A DNA stretch of 54,505 nucleotides from an uncultured Thermoplasmatales archaeon (GTDB taxonomy: Archaea > Thermoplasmatota > E2 > UBA202 > DSCA01), in NCBI GenBank assembly GCA_964514975.1, contig CAZESS010000016.1, positions 1 through 54,505 of the forward strand, given 5' to 3'. Of this stretch, positions 30,301 through 39,900 are shown in pieces. A program made the position numbers and the translations under genes. How positions within the stretch are numbered: the first letter of the stretch is position 1; each line of letters starts with the position of its first letter. A model generated the notes under the pieces. The model had not been told where the DNA came from. It was given only the letters and a program-made list of their open reading frames with translations, and made no database searches.

Positions 30301-30877
30301 CTACAACGGCTCATTCATCATGGAGGCGCATGGATGCATCCATGGCAACGGCACCATCGAGTTCTACGGCAACGGCACCGCCATGGGCAGCGCATCGTTC
30401 ATGCTGGACACCCGGCCGCCCACCTTTGAGCAGACAGGCGGGACGTCTTTCCTGGTTTGTGACAACATCTCGCTCGACGTTGTCTGCGGCGACGCGGGCA
30501 GCGGCATCGCCACGGTGGAGTTCTATGCCAACTACAGCATTGACAACATGTCCTGGAACGCGGGAGCGCATGCGGGGTCAGATGGTGCGGCGCCGTTTTC
30601 CTTTGCATATGGATTTCCCGCCGGCGTGGGTTTCTACCGTTTTTCGTTCAGGGCGGTCGACGCGGTCGGCAACACCGCGACCACGCATCCGGGAGAGCCG
30701 GTACGGTTTTTCTCGCCCGACGTCAACGGCGACGGCGCTGTCAACATCCAGGACCTCGTTTGTATCGGTTCATACTGGCAGGACCCCCTCGACCAGGACA
30801 CACATCAGTATGACATAAACGGCGACGGCGCTGTCAACAGGCCGGATCTCGACATCGTAGCCCGGTCTCTCCCCTGA
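27353..30877 (+). CDS. Secreted multi-Ig protein with a C-terminal dockerin-like module
   Basis: Signal peptide; two InlB-B-repeat-like units (YRFDHW, YLFSNWSGD); Ig and PKD domains; C-terminal PDVNGDGAVNIQDL...YDINGDGAVNRPDL duplicated Ca-loop. Start set at MKNTVY (ORF track start 27329). Confidence 0.85.
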   Translation: MKNTVYLVVVLLVLSFVPLQVESDGHYTIWVKVTRDGQPQENATVTFTNLANNQTSPTFEQGDGFYGTNLVNINWDYGDTVLVEAAYGAYTGSNSTVLTRQGSTYGDWLNITLLADQCPSRPSNPMPADSATDQPLNVTLSVDVHDDNGDAMDVTFYNASGDIEIGTVTDVPSDGTASVSWTGLTVNTTYTWYAVADDGTCTNQSATWQFTTRPPGYYMLNVSAQPSGTGSFTVSPDNDTYVEGTMVNVTATPAADYRFDHWDVNGTTSTDNPLILVMDGDKTVTGHFTPVQYTLHTSVDPSGSGSVSRTPPGSSYDVNTTVTLEADAGAGYLFSNWSGDLTGTSNPDTVTMNANKTVTAHFTENQPPSIAITSPMQGAVVSGTIMIQGTASDPNGDDTIQEVQIKIGQGSWTTTSGTTSWQHTWNSTTVPDGNHTVHARVSDGQLSNTTSVNVTVNNNHPPAAPSVDGPAEGQTNTSYTFAATSTDPDNDTLRYGFDWDDDGTVDTWTTYHSPGDTATCNHTWTVEGTHAVRAIAEDEHGVQSDWSTPHSIVIGGQDTLPPNASLVYGTPSANLSHDGTTYPALAPVTPLWVNATDGNGTGAAAVNVTVWRNSTMPGNYTRVDTMTVGDNDANDSDPRTGVISVELHFDDGGFYRVAWNATDYAGNPSTTDSMDIAMDDEAPLLNKTVGEPSYEGPGLYGAGNWTWVNCSTPVWLNVTDRGCGGGVGVARMDIQVYWNETRVPSGQVQNLTGIGNLTIYDNGPLDRDGSAGSIAYTFSFWREGYHVLEIETVDHLNNSNGSTEHGMVDCSPPTSRVQHVVPFEQRAPFNVTVTDAADATSQGAGVNTLALLYAYSQDNVTFSDWRCFATWNVSTASRHAVSNWTVSFDPDEGHGYYRLVSRASDHLGQVEPISGYDTICYNNASLSLTFGEPYHDGWISLSTPATISAHVEPEPAIYYRVYSNGSWRPAPGDGVGDNDSFYRYNGSFIMEAHGCIHGNGTIEFYGNGTAMGSASFMLDTRPPTFEQTGGTSFLVCDNISLDVVCGDAGSGIATVEFYANYSIDNMSWNAGAHAGSDGAAPFSFAYGFPAGVGFYRFSFRAVDAVGNTATTHPGEPVRFFSPDVNGDGAVNIQDLVCIGSYWQDPLDQDTHQYDINGDGAVNRPDLDIVARSLP

Positions 30878-30990
30878 CAGCCGTGCTTTTTAGAAGGGCA
30901 CTCCAGAAAAATATAGAAATTTATTTAAAGAATGAGTATATTCCTTAATCTAACGAATATGCGGATGCATAAGAATAAGGAGGAATAAAA

Positions 30991-33900
30991 ATGAGTAAAG
31001 CACCTAATGGAAAAGATATAATGAACAAGAAAAAGGGTATAGCAATCGTCATCGCTGCGTCGCTGCTGGCGATGGCAGGAGCTTTTATTCTTTCAGTTGA
31101 CACGGAAGCAGGAGAAACCACCCCGCTCACCATAACAGGATACGTCTATGACACCGACGGGACGACACCCGTCTCGGGGGCTACGGTGACCATCAGGGAT
31201 CAGGATACCGGTGCATGGGGCACCAACACCTCTAACGCCACCGGATTTTTCAAGGTCGACATGCGGACCGTGCCATCGGATATGCCATGGTCCGAATGGT
31301 TCATTGGCGACCAGTTGTATGGCGTCGCGACCGACGGTACGATGGATGGCGTCAACACCACCATGACCACCGATCCCAACGGACTCCACTGGATGAACTT
31401 CACGCTGGGCACCCCCGCCACCACCAAGACGGTCGGCGCGCCCGAGCACCTCAAATACAACTATGATACGGGCAGCGCCAACAGGGGCTACCTGGTTTCC
31501 CCCGAGATACACCTCGGCGGCCCGACCGCCACGCTCTCGTTTTACACCTGGTGGCAGATAGAGTCTTCGAACCCGGTCGACAACGACCTCATGAACGTCT
31601 ATCTTTCGACGACGGGCGGCTACCTGGATGGCACCGAGGTGAACCTCACCGAGCAGCAGGACTCCATCAACCCGGGTACCAATCCCGCGGGCGGCGGCCC
31701 GCATTCGTTCCTGACCCCCGCCGGTCTCAACACGATGCCCGGCTCATGGGATTCCATGACATATGACCTCACTGACTGGGTCGGCGAAAACGTCACCATT
31801 ATATTCGAATTTGATACAGTGGATGGTGTGTATAACTACTGGGAGGGCTGGTATCTCGACGACATACGCATCGGTTCCTATGGCACTTTCTTCGACGATG
31901 TTGAAAACGGCGTTGGCAACTGGAGCTACAACGGCCTCTGGCATATCGATGACAGGCGGAGCTATTCCGCCAGCCATGCCTGGTACTATGGTATGGAGCA
32001 CAGCTATGTCACCGAGGAAACGTTGTTCAATATGGCCGCCACCGGGAACTATACTAACATTACATACGATATATGGTACAATCAGACCGGATGGCAGGGC
32101 CCGTTCAACTACACGGAACCATTTAATCTAACCGGCGAATGCAAACATTACATCGAGTTCTTCGCGGACAACGCCTCCTACAACGACGAGCCGCTGCGCA
32201 ACCAGACACATTACGTTGACATGAGCCCGCCGACCTCGACCATGGAGCTCGGCTCCCCGAACGCGACGCTGGAATACGAGGGCGAGAACTTCTCGACCAT
32301 CAGGACGTGCACGCCCATGTGGATCAACGCAACCGATGAGGTTGCCGGCATCGAGGAATGTGCATCCGGCGTTGAATGGCTCAACTACACCGTCTGGCGG
32401 AACGAGGTACCCAACGACTACGAGCTCATAGAAACGGTCAGCATCCATGACAACGACGAAAACGACATGGACAAGCGGCCCGGTTTCATCTCGGCGGAGC
32501 TCCATTTCGACGAGGAATGCTTCCATGAGATAAAATGGGACGTCGAGGACTACGTGGGCCATCGGGCCGACCAGCAGTCCATCGACATCTCCGTTGACGG
32601 CACCGCGCCGACCATCGAGAAGACCATCGGCGAGCCGAAGTATGTCGGCCTCGGCAACTACGGCGCCATCAACTGGACATGGGTGAACTGCAGCACCAAT
32701 TTCACCTTCCACGTCACCGACAGCGGCTGCGGCGGAGGCATCGGTGTCGAGGAGTTCGGCATGAAGATTTACTGGAACGAGACCCGTGTCCCCCAGGGCG
32801 ACGTACAGGATTTCACCCTGATAGAGACCATCGTCGTCCATGACGGCGGCCCGCAGGACCTCGACGGCGAAGAGAACGGCGAGATACTGTATAACTATTC
32901 ATTCAACCAGGAATGCTTCCACGAGCCCGAGATGTGGGCGGTCGACGAGGTCGGCAACGAATACAAGTTCAAAGAAAAAGACATGGTCGACTGCACCCCG
33001 CCGGCGATACGTAAGGATGTCGACAAGGTCGTCGCCTACGAGCAGACGGAGATGAACAACGCATCAGATATCGGCTACGGCGGCGAATGGCAGCGGTTCC
33101 AGGCACCCTGGAGCTACATGGACGCCGTGCAAATCCATCTCTGCGGTACCTTCTATGAGGGTGTTACCGTGCAGGTGTATGACAACCTTTCCCACAATCC
33201 ACTTCGAACAGCCACTCTTGATATAGCGGATGTTCCTGTGAACGAAAGCGACTACTTCTGCGGATGGCTACAGCTTCATCTGGACGAGCGGCTTTACACC
33301 GAGCACAACGCATCATACTGGCTCCACGTTACATATGGCGGCACCTCGGGCATGGTCTACTGGAACGCCAGCGACAATGACCCGTATCCGTGGGGCAACG
33401 GCACCATCGGCGGCAGGCCGAACTGGAATGACAGCCGTGACTACACCTTCAAGATAGAGTATTATCCCGTCGTGCTTGACGACATGACTCCAACCCTTCT
33501 TGACTACATGTTCGCGGAATACAACGAAACCGGCGACTACGATTATCTGCATGAGTCCTGGGTGACCACCGAGGCGTTCTTCAACCTGTCCTCATGGGAC
33601 GAGGGCTGCATGGACGGCGTCGGCCTCGACACGCTCGAATACCGCGTGTGGTGGAACGGCACCTGGACCGAATGGATGAACTACACCGAGCCGTTCAACT
33701 TCACCGAGGAATGCGTCCATTACATCGAGATACGGGCGACCGACCTGCTGGGCAACACCCGCATCGTCAACCAGACCCATTACGTCGATGACAGCCCGCC
33801 CGAGCTGCAGGTGCAGTACCCCGACGTGCATGGCTTCTACAAGGAAAACGACACCGGCAAACAATTTGTCCGCGCGAACAAGACGTTCTATCTCAACCTC

Positions 33901-36900
33901 ACCGACATGCCCGAGGAACCCTGCGCCGTTGGCACGAAAAACTTCACGTTCTACTGGCGGTACGAGTACACCAACTTCACCGCGCCGCTCATAGAAACGC
34001 ATCCGGCGGATGGAGGCGATAATGAGTATCCCGGCGAGCTGGTCTACGCGAAGGGACACTGGTGGTGGAAGCTGACGCAGCCCGAGGACAGGTCCATCGC
34101 GCTGAATTTCACGCGGGAATGCCAGCACACCATCTATTACTGGTATGAGGCCTCTGACTGGCTGGACAACGAAGTGGAAACCGATGTGCAGGAAGAAGTC
34201 ATCTACGTCGATGAGCATTACCCGGAGATGCAGAAGGAGCATCCCGACTGCTACGACACGGTGAACGCCAACGATACCATCTATGTACATCCGTCAGAAG
34301 AACTTGGCATCGATTCCCCGTGGACAACGCCCTCCTATCCGAACAGCTGGATGTCTACCGCTGATTGGACGGAGTTCTACCCCGAACATGGAAGAGAATA
34401 CCTCGGTGTTGACGACGAACCCCATTTCGATGGATTTATCAGCAACGGCAACGACATCGTTGACGACTGCGACTACATCGAGCTTTACGACGTGGAATAC
34501 GGCGTCTACCGGTTGTACCACGTGGAGAACCTGACGGTCACCCTGGAGATATACAACGATACGCTCGACGAGGTCAAGTATGTCGACTTCGTGTCCTACT
34601 GGGATGGATACTGGCCGGCCGACTCGGACTTCGCCGAGATTGAGTCCAGTCCGATTGGCACATTGTGGAAGGAAATGCACGCCGACTTCGGCACCATGTA
34701 CAACCTCACAGCGTATGAATCACAGAATGGATTTAGCAGCGCAACCATCACCCTGAACAACACGGCAACCGGCGAGTGGCACAACTGGACAGTCATGGAT
34801 GCCACCTGGGACCTCGTCCTTGACCCTGTGCCGTTCATCCAGAAATGCGCCAAGATAGACCTCACCGCCAATGACACGCCGCAGATCCTCAAGCTGGTCG
34901 ACCAGTTCCAGAACGAGGGAGCACGAGCCGACGAACTGCAGTTAAAGGACAACATCCCCTACTGGCCATGGGACGCACAGCGGTTCATGGTCACCGAGAA
35001 CGTGACACATATCAACGAAATATGGCTCTACCTCAACTGGTCCGGTCCGAGCAACGTCTCGATATACCTCCACAATCACACGGACCCCGAGTCCTTCACA
35101 CCGGGACAGGAGATAGCGCAGGCGAACGCGACATTGACCGGCGCGGACGACGGCTGGGTCAAGTTCATGTTTGATGACCCGGTACCCGTCGACTCGACGA
35201 CGACCTATGTCATCGATGCATTCAGAAAGCCAAACAGCGCCCAGGTGCAGTGGATCCACTCGGAGAACAGCAGCTACCTCAACGGCTACGCCACGATTAG
35301 CGGCGAAGACGTAACGGATGGCGACTGGAAGTTCTCCGTGGTTGCATACCGTGAAAACCCCTGCGCCAGCGGCATCGAAGACATCTACTACGGCTACGAG
35401 TTCAACGGCACCTATCACCCCATGGACATGGAGGACAACGAGTCCACCTACGGCGATATCGTCAACATCAGCAAGTATTATGACGATGTGGAGATCGAGG
35501 AGGAGTTTGGCGGACGCTATCTCTGGTACACCTACGACCCGGCCAAGGGTGTTCATTTCCATGAGGAATGCATCCACTGGCTGTATTACTGGACGAAGGA
35601 CAACGTCTGCCATCACACCGACGTGCACCGGCAGGTGTACCACGTCGACGAGTACAACCCCGTCGTTTACAAGGAACACCCGGACCATGGCTACTCCGCT
35701 CCCGTGGAGATATCCGTCGAAGAACGCTTTGACAATGCCTCGGATGCCTACGAGGGCGAGTTCCACGTGCGCAACAAGTGGTATAGCTCGTCCACCTACC
35801 CGGACGGCTGGCTACGGAACCCGTCAGGCCAGAACATTTACAAGGACCAGAGCATCGACCTCACCATCACCAACCATGACCTCAACAACGACCTGACGCT
35901 CACCATCCGCGTCGAGGAAGTCGTCGGAGACGAGGGTATCACCCTTGAAAACGGCAGCGACGTCAACCAGAAGACGTACACCGTTTTCGTTCCTGCTGGA
36001 GGCAGCAATGTGCTGACCATCCCCGTCTACGATTACAGGATATTCCTCGAATGGGGCGTCTGGCACTGGGAGGTCGTCAGCATGGAGAACATCACCCAGT
36101 ACCTCCGTGCCGGTGCGAAGATAAACCTCACCGCCGATGACCCCGGCTACTGTGCATCCGGCGTGCAGGGCATCTACTATCGCTACGAGTGGAACGACAC
36201 GATGTACCCGCAGACCAGTCATCCTGCGGCCGTTGACGGCAGCACGCTGTCCGGCGAACCCGAGATAGCAAACTACTGGTGGTATCTCTACAACGACAGC
36301 GAGGACATCACCTTCAGCGAGGAATGTGTCCACGACCTCTACTACTTTGCGAAGGACCGCAGCTGCCACAACAGCACCCTGCACCACCAGGTCTATCACG
36401 TGGACGACTCCGCGCCCGTGGTCGAGGAGGAACTGCCCGACCATGGTGCCATCGGCAACACCACGCAGTCACTATGGGAGGGTTTCTATCTCCCCGTCGG
36501 CAATGGCTGGGCAACCGTGAACGACACGGGCTCCGGCAGCACCCACAGCTACTGGGACCTGCACACCGACGAACCGTACTTTGATTACCACGATTTGACT
36601 AATGCATATAAGGGCGATTACGACGCCCTCGCCTGGACGGACACCGACGGCAGCGCGGATAGCTGGCTTATCTCACCAAAGGTCGCTATCCCCGAGGACG
36701 GCAACCTGTCGTTCTGGTATGCCACCTATCGCACCAGCAGTTATGACGCATCCTTCAAGGTGGCTGTCAACAACGTGAGCACGCAGACGGACACGTCGGC
36801 GTTCACCACGGTCTGGGATTCAGGTCCATTCGGCGACAACACGTACCGGAAGACGGAGATAGACCTGTCCGCGTATGCGGGACAGGAGGTCTACATCGGA

Positions 36901-39900
36901 TTCCACTGTGATTACCTTGAACAGAACTACTGGAGCAGCGGCCTGCTCATCGACGACGTCTGGGTCGGCGGCATCGAGCACGTCGACTGGAAACTCGACG
37001 ACGATGTCGAGTCAGGCCAGGGCGGCTGGACTGTTGACGACCTGACCGTCGACGGCAGCATGTGGCGACAGGTAGACCGCATCCCGGTGTATGATACCGA
37101 CCCGCCGCAGCCGTCCATGTGGTGCGGCGACCCCGCACTTGACAACGGCGACTACGGCTTAGGCCAGTACGGCTGCAACTGGGATGATGTGCTGATGCTG
37201 ACGGAGCCGATAAACATGTCCGATGCCGACCCCGGCGACAATGTATGGCTGGACTTCTGGTTCTGGCTGAACTCCGAATGCTGCGACGATATGTTCATTG
37301 TTGAAGTTACGAACGACAGCAGCGACTGGGCGAACGCGAGCATCGTGTACACGTGGTCAGGGGATTTCACCTCCTGGCAGCAGGAACAAATACTGCTCTC
37401 TGACTTCATCGGCAACGACACCGTCTACATCCGCTTCCGATTCGTCAGCGACGACCATCCCACGGCGGACAACGGCGTGTTCCTCGACAACGTCAGCGTC
37501 TACAACTCAACGATGGATTTCATTCCCATCCAGACGTTTGACAACCCATGGAACAACTGGACCGCGATGATGCTTGAGACCTCCAAATGGCACATCGTGG
37601 ACACCCAGTCTCATTCACCGGACCATTCTTGGTGGAATGGTGACGACGACACGGATATGTACCTCAACTGCATGAACGACGCACTGGTTTCACCGGTCAT
37701 CAACCTGACCGGGGAGGCCTACGAGGAGGCGATGCTCACCTTCTGGCACTGGCGTGACATGTACACCTATGACCACGGCTACGTGGAAATACGCGAGTGC
37801 AACGGTGGCACCTGGTCCGGCTGGAGCACCATGGAAACATACAGCTACCAGCGTGGCTGGGTCCAGGAATTCGTGGACATCACCGACGAGGTTGGCCATC
37901 CGGACCAGATACAGATCCGGTTCCGGTTCTACAGCAACACCGATACCGTTGACCCCGGCTGGTATCTCGACGACTTCCGCGTCGAGTTGCGGAACATCAC
38001 CGGCACCAACCTCACAGAGGACTTCGAGAAAACCTTCCCGCCAACCGGCTGGATGGAAGACGGCAACTATGAGACCAGCCACTATTATGGATGGAATCGT
38101 TACCTTGGCACCGACTACAGCTATGCGGCTGTCCACGCGCACAACAGCTACAACCAGGATGAATGGCTCATCAGCCCGCTCATAGAGAACCTGCCCAAGT
38201 TCTCCAACCTGACCTTCGAGCACCACCGTGACGGCTCCGCGACAACCCGGCTGTACATCTCCACCGACAACGGCAGCACCTGGACACATCTGGAGACCTA
38301 CACGGGCACAATCAGCGGCATCGTCGAGGACGAGGACCTCTGGGGCTACCACGGTCAGGATATCAGACTGGCCTGGCGGTTCACCTCGCCCTCGGGCGAC
38401 GGAACCAGTCCCTACGACGACTACTGGGCCATCGAATGGGCCGAGGTCACCTCAATCGGCTTCCTCCGCGAAGGAGCGCCCATCAACCTGCAGGCATACG
38501 ACCGGCCCGTGAACAGCACATGTGACGCGGGCGTCAGCGCCATCTACTGGCGGTATAGCTGGGATGGCGATGATGACCTCGGCGATGGCGATGCATATGT
38601 GTGGGGCGACGACATACCCGGTATCGCCTCCTCGAACGAGGAGATAGCCGACTATTACTGGTGGAAGATCATGGACAACGGCGAATTCGACGACGATGAC
38701 AGGCAGGGCTACATCGAGGTCAACATCAGCCTCGAAGGCGAGTGCATCCACGACGTCTACTACTTCGCAAAGGACATCCTCTGCCACAGCAGCGAGCTGC
38801 ACGAGGAAACCTATTACGTGGACGGCAGCGCGCCCGACACCTATCTCAACATATCCTGGGGCTCGAATGGTACCCATCCATGGATACCGAAGAACAGCGG
38901 CGGCAGAAACGGCGACGGCGACGGCGACAGACCTACCCAGGGAGACGGGCATGAGCCCATGGACTACTGGTACGCGCCCGGCGAGGACAAGCCCGACGTC
39001 ATCTGCATCCAGGACGACTTCCACTTCTACGCCAATCACACCCACAGCGGCACAGAGCCGTGCATCTATCCGTACAACCATCAGAACAACACGTTCTTCA
39101 GATGGAGATGGTGGAACCCCGAGACCGAGAAATACGAGTTCTGGCCATCGGCGGACAACGCAGACGCCATCAACGGCAGCACCATCACCGTCTCCGAGAA
39201 CGAGGATTACATCCAGTGGAACGACGACTCGTCCTTCTGGATAGACAAGTCGGTCGCTAACTGGGATACCACCTGGGATGACTACATTGAAAACTACTAC
39301 GGCGGCTACATCCAATGGATGCCCTACATGTATCCGGATGAGGAGTTCTTCGAGCAGGGCTGCAACCACACGCTCTACTACTTCAGCAAGGACGACCTCT
39401 GCAACACCGAGATGCCCGTTGAATGGGATGTCGGCGTTGACGACGAGGCACCGGAAACAGAATTCGATATAAACGTGACCACTGGCTGCAAATACTATGA
39501 CGAGGCCGACAACACCTGGTACTTCCAGGACTGCAGCTGGGTGAACATCAACGCCACCGACATGCCGAACAACACCGAATGCAGAACCGGCATCTGGTAC
39601 ATGGACTACACCATCTGGAAATGGAACGCGACCCAGGAAGACATCAACATATGGAAGAGAACGCTGCCGACCCCGTCCAATCCAACAACGGTGTACGTCG
39701 GTACATCCCCGAAGGGCAGCATGACCGACGCCATCGACAACGACGATGACGGCAACCTCAGCTACGGCGACTATGTCCACATCGACTTCGACAGCTCGGT
39801 CAACCTCTCCGACGGCTGGTACTACATATCATGGATGAACATCGACATGCCGTACACCCTGACCGTGCGCGACATCTACAGCGGTGCCGGCGGCTGGGAT

